Source: an uncultured delta proteobacterium
Lineage (GTDB): Bacteria > Desulfobacterota > Binatia > HRBIN30 > BPIQ01
Length of the DNA: 64,000 bases
Assembly: GCA_963761335.1 (NCBI GenBank)
Contig: CAVXGR010000016.1
Span: forward strand, 160,001 to 224,000
Direction: 5' to 3'
Below are positions 1 to 10,056 of this stretch, piece by piece. The notes under the pieces are model-generated. The model was given only the letters and a program-made list of their open reading frames with translations, was not told the DNA's origin and ran no database searches. Position 1 is the stretch's first letter. Every line of letters starts with the position of its first letter. Both the position numbers and the translations under genes were made by a program.

Positions 1-952
1 CGCCGAGACGGGCGAAGCCAATGACGATGTTGGGGGCGTACTCCGGCTGCACCTCGAAGAAGCGCCGATCGTCGACGACGGCGTGGAGGATCTCCTTCAT
101 GTCGTACGGCTTGTTGGGGTTGTCCGGAATGATGGCGCGCAGCTTCTCGTCGCGCCGGCCGGGATCGTCCTCGGTGGGCACGTAGGGCGGCGTCTCCAGA
201 TTGTTGCTGGGGATGTAAGAGAGCAGCTCACGAACCAGCATCAGGCACTCGCGGCCGTCGCGCGCCGAGAAGTGGGCGACGCCGCTGCGGGTGTTGTGGG
301 TGACCGCCCCCCCGAGCTCCTCCTTGGTGACCTCTTCGCGGGTGACGGTCTTGATGACGTCCGGCCCGGTGAGAAACATATGGCCGATCTTCTCGACCAT
401 GAAGATGAAGTCGGTGAGGGCCGGGGAATAGACGGCGCCGCCGGCGCACGGCCCCATGATCACCGAGATCTGCGGCACGACGCCCGAGGCCATGACGTTG
501 CGCTGGAAGATGTCGGCGTAGCCGGCGAGGCTGAGCACACCTTCCTGGATGCGGGCGCCTCCCGAGTCGTTCAGGCCGATCACCGGCGCGCCGGTGCGCA
601 TCGCCAGGTCCATGACCTTGCAGACCTTCTCGGCGAAGGCGCCGGAGAGGCTGCCGCCGAAGACGGTGAAGTCCTGCGAGAAGACGTAGACGATGCGGCC
701 GTCGATGGTGCCGTAGCCGGTGACCACGCCGTCGCCGGGAATCTTGCGCTTCTCCATGCCGAAATCGCTGCAGCGGTGCGTCTTGTACCGGTCGATCTCG
801 ACGAAGCTGCCCGGGTCGAGCAGCTCGATGACGCGTTCGCGCGCCGTCATCTTGCCGGCGGCGTGCTGCTTGGCGATGCGGTCCTCGCCGCCGCCCAGCT
901 CGGCTTCGCGTTCGAGGCGCTCCAGTTGCTCCAGATTCTCTTTGAGTCCCAT
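1..952 (-). CDS. pccB: Acyl-CoA (propionyl/methylmalonyl-CoA) carboxylase carboxyltransferase beta subunit, 3' end outside window
   Basis: Manual reverse translation from ATG at 952: [41 protein letters not shown]...[10 protein letters not shown]...[10 protein letters not shown]...[16 protein letters not shown]. Absent from the ORF track because it is truncated. Confidence 0.9.
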   Translation of the reverse strand, partial: MGLKENLEQLERLEREAELGGGEDRIAKQHAAGKMTARERVIELLDPGSFVEIDRYKTHRCSDFGMEKRKIPGDGVVTGYGTIDGRIVYVFSQDFTVFGGSLSGAFAEKVCKVMDLAMRTGAPVIGLNDSGGARIQEGVLSLAGYADIFQRNVMASGVVPQISVIMGPCAGGAVYSPALTDFIFMVEKIGHMFLTGPDVIKTVTREEVTKEELGGAVTHNTRSGVAHFSARDGRECLMLVRELLSYIPSNNLETPPYVPTEDDPGRRDEKLRAIIPDNPNKPYDMKEILHAVVDDRRFFEVQPEYAPNIVIGFARLG

Positions 953-1034
953 AAGCAAAGCCGCCCCGCACGCAGGCGGCGGGGCGCCGCAGGTTCTTAG
1001 TACGCGTGTTTCGCGAAGGCAAGCCGCAGCGGCG

Positions 1035-1643
1035 CTACACCTGGGCGCTGGGGCGCTTCTTGAACTCCTCGTGCCAGCGCAGGACGTTGTGATTGGCCTC
1101 GCCGATCGGCACCTGGGCGAACTGGGCGAACTCGAGGGCGGCGAAGAGGGTGCAGTCGGCGATCGTGGGCCGCGCCCCGGCGACGAAGGGCCGCTTGCCG
1201 ATGCGGGCGTCGAGGACGGTCAGTGCGGCGTCGAGCGGCGTGCGCGCGTTGGCGGCCGCATCCGCCGACTGGCGGAAGCGCGCCGCCATGAACGGGTGGG
1301 TGTTCTGGAAGATGGTGCCGACGCGTGACAGCACGCCGATCTCGGCGATGCGCTCGAGCTCGCGCACGCGGGCGCGCTCGAGGGGCTCGGTGCCGATCAT
1401 CGGCGGCTGCGGGTGCAGCTCCTCGAAATACTCCATGATCGCCAGGGACTCCGTCAGGTGCGCGCCGTCGTCGAGCGCCAGGACCGGGAGCCCGCCGAGC
1501 GGATTGCGGCTCAGGAACTCGGCCGTGCGGTTCTCACCGGTGACCAGGTTGACCTCCTCCCAGGCGACCTCCAGCCCCTTCTCCTTCAAATAGACGAGCA
1601 GCCTCCTCGGGTTCGGCGCCCCCGCGAATCCGTAGATCTTCAT
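1035..1643 (-). CDS. Glutathione S-transferase family protein
   Basis: [14 protein letters not shown]...NPLGGLPVL...LTESLAI...TIAD motifs; AAGGGGG RBS before ATG 1643. Confidence 0.9.
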   Translation of the reverse strand: MKIYGFAGAPNPRRLLVYLKEKGLEVAWEEVNLVTGENRTAEFLSRNPLGGLPVLALDDGAHLTESLAIMEYFEELHPQPPMIGTEPLERARVRELERIAEIGVLSRVGTIFQNTHPFMAARFRQSADAAANARTPLDAALTVLDARIGKRPFVAGARPTIADCTLFAALEFAQFAQVPIGEANHNVLRWHEEFKKRPSAQV

Positions 1644-1674
1644 CGATGCCCCCTTCGTGTTCGAGTGTGGCGCC

Positions 1675-1702
1675 AGCCTACGCACTGCCCGCTCCGAGTC
1701 AA
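1675..1702 (-). promoter_or_regulatory. Putative sigma-70 promoter of the GST gene
   Basis: TTGACT-16 bp-TAGGCT on the minus strand. Confidence 0.5.
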
Positions 1703-1707
1703 CAATG

Positions 1708-1811
1708 CGAGGGGTTGAGGTGCTGAGGTGTTGGGTGTTGGCGCGGGGTGCTGAAGCCGTAACGCCTTCCCCGATGCCCCAACAGCCAACACCTCAACAC
1801 CCAACACCTCG
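1708..1811. repeat. Intergenic imperfect inverted repeat built from 7-8 bp tandem units (GAGGTGTT/GGGTGTT versus AACACCTC/AACACCC)
   Basis: Left arm cgaggggttgaggtgctgaggtgttgggtgttgg pairs with right arm ccaacagccaacacctcaacacccaacacctcg. Confidence 0.75.
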
Positions 1812-1816
1812 TTCTT

Positions 1817-2257
1817 TCAGCGGGCCTCATCGCGGATATGAACCAGCTCCATCGTGGTGCCGGCGGCGACGCCGTGCTTGGCGGCGAAGCCGCCGTTGAC
1901 CTCGAGAACGTACTTCGAGGGCTTGCCGACCCCGCGCGCCGTGGTGGTCTGCGGCCGCGCCTCGGCGACCACGCCGACCACCGTCTTCGCGGCGTCGATG
2001 AAGATCATATCCAGAGGGATCAGGGTGTTCTTCATCCAGAATTGCTGCGTTTCCTCCTCCGGGAAGATGAACAGCATGCCGGCGTCGGAGTCGAGCTCAC
2101 GGCGGTACATGAGGCCGTTGGCGCGCATCGCCGGGGTGCTCACCACCTCGACACGGACGTGCGTCAAGGTGCCGTCCGGGTTGTGCAACACCACTGCGGG
2201 GCCGCCGGCGCGGCAGGCGCCGCAGAGCAGCAGGAGGCCCAACAGCAGTTGTCGCAG
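1817..2257 (-). CDS. DUF192 family protein, probably exported or a lipoprotein (start uncertain)
   Basis: GLMYR...GMLFIF...FWMKNTLIPLDMIF...YVLEVNGG signature; hydrophobic LLLGLLLLCGAC N-terminus. The upstream part of the 350-aa ORF is antisense to the next gene. Confidence 0.85.
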   Translation of the reverse strand: MRQLLLGLLLLCGACRAGGPAVVLHNPDGTLTHVRVEVVSTPAMRANGLMYRRELDSDAGMLFIFPEEETQQFWMKNTLIPLDMIFIDAAKTVVGVVAEARPQTTTARGVGKPSKYVLEVNGGFAAKHGVAAGTTMELVHIRDEAR

Positions 2258-2407
2258 CCGCCGGACCGGCTCCGCTCGCCGCCTCGCGGCACGCGCATAA
2301 GTAGGCGTACTCTCTGCGATAAGCGACGCGGACTCGCCTTGCAATGGGGATGCGTTTCGCTTAGGAGACGCCAGTAGACGCGACCAGAAATTCATTCGGG
2401 GGGCCCG

Positions 2408-4453
2408 ATGTTGAACGAGATCATATTTGCCCTGGTCCTGGCTGCAGGGCTCGGGTATTTCGCCCGCACCATCTACCGGCGCTTCGCGGTGCTCACCAAG
2501 GTGGCGCCGCTGCGCCAGTGGGACCGCATCCCCGAGCGCATTCAGGCGGTTCTCGTCTATGCCTTCGGCCAGAAGAAGTTCCTCATCGGCGAGCAGCCGG
2601 CCGGCTGGATGCACTTCTTCATCTTCTGGGGATTCACCGTCCTCGCCGTCCAGGTCGTTCACATGTTCGCCCGCGGCTTCTTTGCGGACTTCCATCTGCC
2701 CCTCTTCTCGCCCCACCTCTTGGGTGGACCCTATCTGCTGCTCAAGGACATCATGGAGGTGGTCGTCCTCTTCTGGATCGGCGTCGCCCTGTATCGCTGG
2801 GGCGTCTCTCATCCGGCGCGCCTCTACGGCTACGTACCCGCAGAGGAGCGCCTGCGGCACCAGTCGCACTGGGAGGCGTTCCTGATTCTCTGCTTCATCG
2901 GCACCATCATGCTGACCGGGCTCTTATACGACGGCGGAAGGCTCGTCTACATGTCCGGCCCGGAGATCACCGCGGAAGGCAGCTGGCAGCCCTTCAGCAG
3001 CATCATGGCGGCGATCCTCACGCCACTCGGCGCCGGCGGGGCGCGCTTCGTGAGCAATCTCGCTTGGTGGGGGCACAACCTGGTGATCCTCGTTTTCCTC
3101 AACCTCCTGCCTCTCTCCAAGCACTTTCACATCATCACCTCCATCCCCAACGTGTTCTTCAAGAAGCTCGATCCGAAAGGCGCTCTCAGCAAGCAGGACC
3201 TGGAGAACGCCACCACCTTCGGCACCTCGTACATCACCCAGTTCAACTGGAAGCAGGTGCTCGACATGTACTCGTGCACCGAGTGCGGGCGCTGCTCGTC
3301 GCAGTGTCCGGCGACCTACAGCGGCAAGCTGCTGGCGCCCCGGCAGCTGCTGCTCAATCTGCGCGACTATCTCTATCAGCACGAGGACGAGGTGATCGCC
3401 CGGCCGGCGGCGCCGGCCGATGGCGACGGAACGGAGGCGGCGGTCGGCGAGAACATCGTCGGCGACCGGCTCATTCTCGACGATGTCCTCTGGGCCTGCA
3501 CCACCTGCCGCGCCTGCGAGGAGGCGTGCCCGGTGATGATCGAGTACGTCGACAAGATCGTCGACATGCGCCGTCACCTGGTGCAGGAGGAATCGCGCTT
3601 CCCCGCCGAGCTGACCCGTACGTTCAAGGGCATGGAGACGCAGAGCAACCCTTGGGGAATCGATGCCGCGACGCGCGCCGACTGGGCCAAGGGGCTGGAC
3701 ATCCCCACGCTCGCCGAGAAGCCGGACGCGCAGTATCTCTACTTTGTTGGCTGCGCCGGCTCGTATGACGACCGCAACAAGCGGACCACGGTGGCGCTGG
3801 CCACCGTGTTGAAGAAGGCGGGAGTCGATTTCGCCATTCTCGGCCCCGAGGAGCCGTGCAACGGCGAGACCGCACGCCGCATCGGCAACGAGTACCTGTT
3901 CCAGACGATGGCGCAGTTCTGCGCCGAGACACTGAACGGCTACAACGTCAAGAAGATCATCACCAACTGCCCCCACTGCTTCAACACGTTCAAGAACGAG
4001 TACCCGCAGTTCGGCGGCAACTACGAGGTGATCCACGCCACCGAGCTGGTGAGCAAGCTGGTCCGCGACGGCGTGTTGAACTTCAAGCAGAACGGCAGCC
4101 AGGTGATCACCTACCACGACTCCTGCTATCTGGGTCGCTACAATGACGTCTACCAGGCGCCGCGCGACATCCTCGCGCACGTCCCGGGCGTCGAGCTGCG
4201 CGAGATGGAGCGCAGCGGCCGCATGGGCATGTGCTGCGGCGCCGGCGGCGGTCGCATGTGGATGGAGGAGGATCCCGACAAGCGCGTCAACCTGCGCCGC
4301 GTCGAGCAGGCCCTCGAGACCAACCCCGACGTGGTGGCCGTGGCCTGTCCGTACTGCATGACCATGGTCGACGACGGCATCAAGGCCAAGGACATGGAGG
4401 AGAAGGTGCAGGCGCTCGACGTGATGGAGGTGGTGGCCAACTCCCTCGAGTAG
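2408..4453 (+). CDS. Membrane-bound heterodisulfide-reductase-like Fe-S oxidoreductase (FadF/HdrD type)
   Basis: N-terminal TM region, two CxxCxxCxxxCP ferredoxin motifs (CTECGRCSSQCP, CTTCRACEEACP), CCG domains (YHDSC, CCGAGGG, ACPYC). Confidence 0.9.
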   Translation: MLNEIIFALVLAAGLGYFARTIYRRFAVLTKVAPLRQWDRIPERIQAVLVYAFGQKKFLIGEQPAGWMHFFIFWGFTVLAVQVVHMFARGFFADFHLPLFSPHLLGGPYLLLKDIMEVVVLFWIGVALYRWGVSHPARLYGYVPAEERLRHQSHWEAFLILCFIGTIMLTGLLYDGGRLVYMSGPEITAEGSWQPFSSIMAAILTPLGAGGARFVSNLAWWGHNLVILVFLNLLPLSKHFHIITSIPNVFFKKLDPKGALSKQDLENATTFGTSYITQFNWKQVLDMYSCTECGRCSSQCPATYSGKLLAPRQLLLNLRDYLYQHEDEVIARPAAPADGDGTEAAVGENIVGDRLILDDVLWACTTCRACEEACPVMIEYVDKIVDMRRHLVQEESRFPAELTRTFKGMETQSNPWGIDAATRADWAKGLDIPTLAEKPDAQYLYFVGCAGSYDDRNKRTTVALATVLKKAGVDFAILGPEEPCNGETARRIGNEYLFQTMAQFCAETLNGYNVKKIITNCPHCFNTFKNEYPQFGGNYEVIHATELVSKLVRDGVLNFKQNGSQVITYHDSCYLGRYNDVYQAPRDILAHVPGVELREMERSGRMGMCCGAGGGRMWMEEDPDKRVNLRRVEQALETNPDVVAVACPYCMTMVDDGIKAKDMEEKVQALDVMEVVANSLE

Positions 4454-4458
4454 CCCAG

Positions 4459-4740
4459 ATGGCTCGCATGGCTCGCATGGCACCTTGGCGGGGAGGGCTG
4501 CTGGGTCTGGCGCTGCTGGGGGCGGCGGTGATGTCCTCGTGCACGACACGGCACCGCGTGCCGGCGCAGGCCGCGGGCTGTGCCGGCGACTGTGGCGACA
4601 GCCGCGCCGCCTGCCTGCGCTCCTGCAGCGAGCGCAGCGGCCCGGTCGCCGCCCTCGAAGGGGTGCGCGAGAATCTCTGCGACAAGCGCTGCACGCAGGA
4701 TTACCAGACCTGCATGCTTGCCTGCCCCGGCGTTGATTGA
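4459..4740 (+). CDS. Small Cys-rich putative lipoprotein with twin CX3CX6CX3C motifs
   Basis: Hydrophobic leader ending VMSSC; CAGDCGDSRAACLRSC and CDKRCTQDYQTCMLAC; fills the gap between co-oriented genes; start may be 4459, 4468 or 4477. Confidence 0.65.
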   Translation: MARMARMAPWRGGLLGLALLGAAVMSSCTTRHRVPAQAAGCAGDCGDSRAACLRSCSERSGPVAALEGVRENLCDKRCTQDYQTCMLACPGVD

Positions 4741-4757
4741 GCGGAGAGCGAGATCCA

Positions 4758-5102
4758 ATGCCCATCTACGAGTACCGCTGCAAGAAATGCGGGAAGCGCT
4801 TCAGCGTTCTGACTCTCCGCGTCAGCGAGTCGCCGGTGCCGGTCTGCGACAAGTGCGGCAGCAAGCGGGCCGATCGTCTGATGTCGCGCTTCGCCATGCC
4901 CAAGTCGGAGGAGGCGCGACTGGAGAGCTTGGGGGATCCCGGTACGCTCGGGGACCTGGACGAGAAGGACCCCAAGAGCGCGGCGCGCTGGATGCGCCGC
5001 ATGGGTCAGGAAATGGGTGAGGACTTTTCCGGAGAGGATTACGACGAGATGATGGAGGACATCGAGTCGGATAGCGGCGACGGCGGCGACGGCGATCTCT
5101 GA
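4758..5102 (+). CDS. FmdB-family zinc-ribbon protein with acidic tail
   Basis: MPIYEYRCKKCG...CDKCGS signature. Confidence 0.9.
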   Translation: MPIYEYRCKKCGKRFSVLTLRVSESPVPVCDKCGSKRADRLMSRFAMPKSEEARLESLGDPGTLGDLDEKDPKSAARWMRRMGQEMGEDFSGEDYDEMMEDIESDSGDGGDGDL

Positions 5103-5108
5103 AGATCC

Positions 5109-6008
5109 TCAGTGCACCATCGGGTGCGATATCGTGCCGCCGATGGTCAGGTTCATCGGCACGGTGGCGCGCTTGGGGCCGCGGTGGGGGATGAAGGCCA
5201 GCAGCGGCTTGAGGGTCTCGGGAAGCTTCTGGATGGCGACGCGCATGTTCAGGCTCGACTCGGAGGTCGGCTGCCGCAGCGCCAGCGTGCCGGTCGCCTG
5301 CACGCCGATGTCGTTGCCGGTGGCGGTGAGCTCCTGGAGCTCGACCTGATTGGCCTTCATGTCGACCTTGGCGTGCGCCTCGGTGAGCTGCAGATCGGGG
5401 ATCACGAAGCCCTTCACCTTGGCATCGGCAATGGCGGCGTGATCGAGGACGATCTCGCCATTGCCCTGGACGGCCCCGGGCGGCGTGCGCGGCATGCGCA
5501 TGGTCCAGTCGCCGGAGAGGGTTCCGGTGAGCTGGCCCTCGTCGAGCCAGTTGGAGACGGCGCGATAACGGCGCACGTCGATGCCGGACCACTTGATCTC
5601 GGCTTCCACGGTGCCGTCGTGCAGGCTGCCGTGGCCGCTGGCGTGCCCGCCGTAGAGCTCGCCGGAGACGACGTAGCTGAAGAGGTCGCCGCGCAGCAGG
5701 GCGCCGTAGTCGGGGCGGACGCGCAGGCGCGTCCATTCCAGCACCGGCGGCACGCCCTCGCGCAGCGGCAGCGTGGCGAAGCGAACCCCCTGGAGCTCGT
5801 AGCCGCCCCAGGCGAGGCGCGCCGTGTTGAAGTCGATGGCCACCGTGGGGTTGCGCATCAGGTCGAGCACCCGGCGCACGACGATGTCGTGCGGGAAGGT
5901 GACCACCAGGAAGACCAGGAAGAGGGTCAGCGTGTACAGCGAGTAGAGGAACACCGGGCGCACCAGGAACCCGGTGAGGAAGCTAAGCCGCGGGCGGGGG
6001 ATTCTCAT
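5109..6008 (-). CDS. gspN: Type II secretion protein N
   Basis: Last gene of the gsp operon; TM ending TFP, beta-rich body, C-terminal LTIGGTISHP. Confidence 0.75.
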   Translation of the reverse strand: MRIPRPRLSFLTGFLVRPVFLYSLYTLTLFLVFLVVTFPHDIVVRRVLDLMRNPTVAIDFNTARLAWGGYELQGVRFATLPLREGVPPVLEWTRLRVRPDYGALLRGDLFSYVVSGELYGGHASGHGSLHDGTVEAEIKWSGIDVRRYRAVSNWLDEGQLTGTLSGDWTMRMPRTPPGAVQGNGEIVLDHAAIADAKVKGFVIPDLQLTEAHAKVDMKANQVELQELTATGNDIGVQATGTLALRQPTSESSLNMRVAIQKLPETLKPLLAFIPHRGPKRATVPMNLTIGGTISHPMVH

Positions 6009-6564
6009 TCGAAATTGCTTTCACGAGGGATACGGTGGCGATCACGTCGAAGTTGTAGATGTCCTTCGGCCGCTTCTTCACCTGCAGGCGGGTGACGCGG
6101 AGCGGGTGATCGCTCTTCTCGATGCGGTGCAGCATGCCGACCAGCTGCTCGAGCGACACCTGGGTGAGCTTGATCTCCACCGTCTGCTCCTCGAACTCCT
6201 GCCCGATGTTCTTGCTCCCCGGGTTCATCGAGCTGATGCGCTCGCGCGGAATCACCTGCGAGATGGTGGTCTCCAGAAAGGTGAACAGCTGGAAGTTGGG
6301 ATCGGCTTTGGAGAGCATCTGCTCGCCGGACTGCAGCTTCTGATTCAGGTCCAGGTAGGTGTGCCGCATGTCGACCATGGAGCGCAGCTGGCGCTCCTTG
6401 GTGCCCACGGCGCGCGACAGCTGGGCGCGGCCGACGGTGAGCGGGTCGAGCACGAAGGTGTACATGCACACCAGGACCAGAATCAGCAGCGCCCCGCCGA
6501 CCAGCGTGCGCTCGCGCGCCGACATGCGAGAGAAGACGTTGAAGATGGAGGCCAGAGAGCTCAC
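5983..6564 (-). CDS. gspM: Type II secretion protein M
   Basis: GTG overlaps the gspL stop; MSARERTLV-TM-coiled coil-ferredoxin-like C-terminal domain. Confidence 0.8.
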   Translation of the reverse strand: MSSLASIFNVFSRMSARERTLVGGALLILVLVCMYTFVLDPLTVGRAQLSRAVGTKERQLRSMVDMRHTYLDLNQKLQSGEQMLSKADPNFQLFTFLETTISQVIPRERISSMNPGSKNIGQEFEEQTVEIKLTQVSLEQLVGMLHRIEKSDHPLRVTRLQVKKRPKDIYNFDVIATVSLVKAISNENPPPAA

Positions 6565-8045
6565 GAGGCGGGCTCCTGTCCGGGCTTGTTGAGCAGCAGG
6601 ATCAGGCGGAAGTCGACGCCGGTCCCGTCGCGGCTGGCGCGAGAGTCCTTCACCTGCACCTCGCGGAAATAGGTGACCGCGGCCAGCTGCTTCTTGATGG
6701 CATCGATCGACTCGAAGGACGCGGTCTTGCCGCGGATGCGAACCGAATCGGTGTCCATGACGTACTCGTCGGTATCGATGGTCACCTTCGCGGGGATCGC
6801 TGCTGCCACGGTGCGCAGCAGGTCGATGGCGGTGAGGTTGCCGACCGGCGCGGCATCGGCGAGCAACGCCAGCTTCTTCTGTGCCGTCTCGATCTGGCTC
6901 TGCAGCTGGGTCGCCGGATTGCTCGAGATCGGCGTGTCCGGAACGGTGGCGGCGAAGACGTTGCGGATCTGACCGTCGATCGCCGCCACCCGCGCCTGCT
7001 CGAGGCGGTAGCTGACGAAGAGGTTGGTCATCATGAGCACCACGAAGACCGCCGCCAGGGCGCCGATGCGGGCCAGCGTGCGGCGCATCTCCACCTGACC
7101 GCGGTGGTAGGTGAACTCGCCGCGGCGGAAGTTGAGACCGACGGAGTTGGCCGGAGAGAGCTCGCGCAGGGCCAGCCCGAGCGGCCGAGCGAAGGCGGGG
7201 GCCTGCCCGTTCGACACTCCGGGCACCGGGCGGAGCCGCAGGGACTCCAGTCGCGTGACCTCGAGCCCGAGCTTCTCGGAGAGCTCCTGGGCCAGCTGTG
7301 TGAGGAGCTCCCCGGGCTCGCCGGCGAGCAGGCAGGGCAGCCCCGGGTCCAGCGGCCCCTCGTTGAGCACCAGCAGGGTCCAGCGAAGATCGTTGGCCAG
7401 TCGCTCCGGGCTCGGCGTCGGCGGCGATGAGGAGCCGTTCTCCGCGGCGCGCAGGGTCACCAGCGAGCGGACGCCGAGCAGCCGGCGCTCGCGGTAGAAG
7501 GCGACGGTGGCGTCGGACTTCGAGACCTCCAGGTAGGCGAAGGTCTCCGGCAGATCCTTGGCGACGGTGTTGAGCAGGTTGAGGCCGCAGAGCGGGCCGA
7601 AGTCCACCACCTTGGGATCGATGCCGGCCTCGGCGAGAGTGGCGAGGTGCTTCTGCAGATCGGACTTCTGGACCAGGGCCGCGAGAACCGTCGAGCTGGC
7701 GCGGTCGCGCTGCAGCACCTGGTAGTCGACGACCACGTCGTCGAGGCCGAAGGGGACCAGGGTTTCCAGCTCGAAGGGCACCGTCTGATCGAGGCGCTTG
7801 CGGTCGCGGAAGGGAAGATTGAGGGTGCGCTGCGTCGCCAGCTCGCTCGGGATGGTGGCCAGGATGGTGTCGGGGCGCATATCGTGGCGCGCCAGAAAGG
7901 CCCGCAGGCGGTCGGGAAGCGGCGTCTCGCCGTCCTCCTCGTCCTCGTAGAGCCCGATGACCTTGTAGTCGCGGAAGCTCGATTCGACGAGAGCCGCGCG
8001 GATCTGCCGCTCGCCGATGTCGAGCGCTAGGATACGTTGAGCCAT
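6561..8045 (-). CDS. gspL: Type II secretion protein L (PilM/PilN-like)
   Basis: ILALDIG actin-like start, LPFxDRKRL..VPFELE, LNFRRGEF, TM, periplasmic domain. Confidence 0.85.
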   Translation of the reverse strand: MAQRILALDIGERQIRAALVESSFRDYKVIGLYEDEEDGETPLPDRLRAFLARHDMRPDTILATIPSELATQRTLNLPFRDRKRLDQTVPFELETLVPFGLDDVVVDYQVLQRDRASSTVLAALVQKSDLQKHLATLAEAGIDPKVVDFGPLCGLNLLNTVAKDLPETFAYLEVSKSDATVAFYRERRLLGVRSLVTLRAAENGSSSPPTPSPERLANDLRWTLLVLNEGPLDPGLPCLLAGEPGELLTQLAQELSEKLGLEVTRLESLRLRPVPGVSNGQAPAFARPLGLALRELSPANSVGLNFRRGEFTYHRGQVEMRRTLARIGALAAVFVVLMMTNLFVSYRLEQARVAAIDGQIRNVFAATVPDTPISSNPATQLQSQIETAQKKLALLADAAPVGNLTAIDLLRTVAAAIPAKVTIDTDEYVMDTDSVRIRGKTASFESIDAIKKQLAAVTYFREVQVKDSRASRDGTGVDFRLILLLNKPGQEPAS

Positions 8046-8068
8046 GGATGGTGGGATCTTCTATCCGA

Positions 8069-9262
8069 CTATGGCGCCGCCGCCAAATCGCCGTCAACGT
8101 CCTGGGCCTTCTTGAAGAGGGGCGCTCCGCCTTCCTTCTGCCACTCCCAGTACTCCAGGGAGCAGGGGGGCTGATCGGCCTGCTGCTGGCCGTTGCAGCG
8201 GCGGCGCACCAGGGCGCGCACCGTCTTGCCGATGCCGTTGACGGAGGCGCTGGCCTCCAGCCGAAAGATGGCGCTGCGGGTGGTGAACTGGTTGGTTCCG
8301 CCCTCCACCGTGGCGCCGCCGAGGCAGTCGGAGACGCTCTGGCACGGCTGGTCGCTGCGGCGCGAGACGATGTCCTGAGCGGCGCCGGCGTCATTGAGGA
8401 TCGCTGCCAGAACCTCGGGCGGCGCGGTGTTGATGTTCACCGGAAAGCGGATCACCTGGTTGTCGCCGCGGACCGCGGTGGTGAACTCGCGCAGGATCTG
8501 GAAGGCGGCGCGGTTGCGCAGCGACGGGAAGGTCGAGGCGAAGCCGTCGACGGAGTCGAAGTACGGGGGCTGCTGCTCGTTGCCGTTGGCGTCGGTGGTC
8601 GGCGTCAGCCAGTATTCCTCGATCGACTTCGAGACGTCCTCGCCGTCGAGCCCGGCGGCATCGAGCAGGCGCTGCAGGGAATCGCGCCAGCAGACCTCGT
8701 TGCCGTTGTGGCATTCGAGCTGCGTCTTGTCGGGGTCGAGTGACGAGGGCTTGGTCATGTTGAGGTTGAGCTTGCCACTCTCGTCGGCGATGCGCACGCA
8801 CATGTGCCAGTTGGGCGGCAGCTCGAGCGAGGGGAGCGTGCTGCATCCGTCGAGGACGAAGCTCCTCCACGGGTCGTCGACGTCGGGGTCGACGTTCGGC
8901 GTCTTGTCCAGCACCAGGGCGGCGGCCATGATGTTGATCCCGGAGCGCGCCAGGTAGGTCGCCTGCAGCGAGCTGAGAGCGTTGCGGCTCAGGTGGCTCT
9001 CCACCTGCACGCTATCGGTGAACTCGACCACCAGGATCGACAGCAGCGACACGATGAGCAGCGTCAGCACCAGCGCGATGCCGCGTTCGCCATCGCGGCC
9101 GGCCACAGCGAGAGGTCCCTCGGGAGGGTGAGGCTCTTCGGCTCCGGGGACAGGCATCTTTTCGGCGCTCACCCGGCGGGGGGCTTCTCGCAGGCGGGCG
9201 TTGCGCCGGAAAGAAGCCTGTCCCCATGGCGCCCTCCTCCTCATATCGGCGTCGCTGTCCAT
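8069..9262 (-). CDS. gspK: Type II secretion minor pseudopilin K (start uncertain)
   Basis: RGIALVLTL prepilin-like segment, DESGKLNLN and VNINTAPPEVL motifs; ATG 9262 overlaps the gspJ stop. Confidence 0.88.
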   Translation of the reverse strand: MDSDADMRRRAPWGQASFRRNARLREAPRRVSAEKMPVPGAEEPHPPEGPLAVAGRDGERGIALVLTLLIVSLLSILVVEFTDSVQVESHLSRNALSSLQATYLARSGINIMAAALVLDKTPNVDPDVDDPWRSFVLDGCSTLPSLELPPNWHMCVRIADESGKLNLNMTKPSSLDPDKTQLECHNGNEVCWRDSLQRLLDAAGLDGEDVSKSIEEYWLTPTTDANGNEQQPPYFDSVDGFASTFPSLRNRAAFQILREFTTAVRGDNQVIRFPVNINTAPPEVLAAILNDAGAAQDIVSRRSDQPCQSVSDCLGGATVEGGTNQFTTRSAIFRLEASASVNGIGKTVRALVRRRCNGQQQADQPPCSLEYWEWQKEGGAPLFKKAQDVDGDLAAAP

Positions 9263-10056
9263 CAGCGGTTCGGGGTCGGTTTCACCGCCAGCGGGAGATC
9301 GACCAGGGTGGCGAACTCCTGCGGCTGGCCGTTCTCGTCGTAGAGATAGAGGGCGATGTCGACGGCGAGGGGAATGCGATCGGTGAAGTCGTCGCCGTTC
9401 TCGCCGGTGCTGTCCCACTCGTTCACCCACTGACCGCTGACGCCGTCGAGATAGCGGAAGCGGAGGCCGGCGACGTTGTCGATCACCGGCACCGAGAACG
9501 GCTGGGGCCCGTTGTCGGTCCCCGTGGCACCGGGATCGTTCTGCGTGTCGCCGCTATTCTGGAGACCTTCCGGGTTCTCCGCGTCTGAGGTATCGCCGGA
9601 GCCGGCGCTGGCGATCGGCACCTCGTCGCGGCGCAGGAGGAAGACGTTGGGGCGCTCGGTGGCGTCGAGCGAGTAGGTCACCACGACGCGGCCGCCGGCG
9701 CCGCCGAGCAGCCCGAACGGCGGTCGGCGGACGATGGCGAAGCGCACCTGGTCGGTGAACTGCGAGGCGCCGCCGCTGACGCCCTGGAAGATGGCATCGC
9801 CGGCATGCGCCGGGGACATCGCCCCCTCGATCTCGTCGGCCATGCGCAACACCGTCTCGCGACCGTCGGCGTTCAGCTCCGCCGACGCCTCCGAGTGGTC
9901 CTTGGCGTAGATGGCGCGCGACAGCGTTCCGTAGACGGTGAGCAGGATGATCCCGAGGATGGTGATCGCCACCAGCACCTCGAGGAGCGTGAAGCCCGCC
10001 CACCCTGTGGTGTCAGGCCGTCGGCGCCGCGATCCAGTAGATGATCTCACAGGCAT
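9262..10056 (-). CDS. gspJ: Type II secretion minor pseudopilin J
   Basis: GFTLLEVLVA N-methylation motif; LRFRYLD..W..EWDS and IPLAVDI; operon position. Confidence 0.85.
   Translation of the reverse strand: MPVRSSTGSRRRRPDTTGWAGFTLLEVLVAITILGIILLTVYGTLSRAIYAKDHSEASAELNADGRETVLRMADEIEGAMSPAHAGDAIFQGVSGGASQFTDQVRFAIVRRPPFGLLGGAGGRVVVTYSLDATERPNVFLLRRDEVPIASAGSGDTSDAENPEGLQNSGDTQNDPGATGTDNGPQPFSVPVIDNVAGLRFRYLDGVSGQWVNEWDSTGENGDDFTDRIPLAVDIALYLYDENGQPQEFATLVDLPLAVKPTPNR

Noticed and set aside
83..1022. 305-aa (+) and 264-aa (-) ORFs
   Set aside because: Antisense or out-of-frame shadows of the truncated carboxyltransferase gene, which the track misses.
2258..2869. N-terminal ~200 aa of the 350-aa DUF192 ORF
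   Set aside because: Largely antisense to the Fe-S oxidoreductase; DUF192 similarity is confined to the last ~145 aa.
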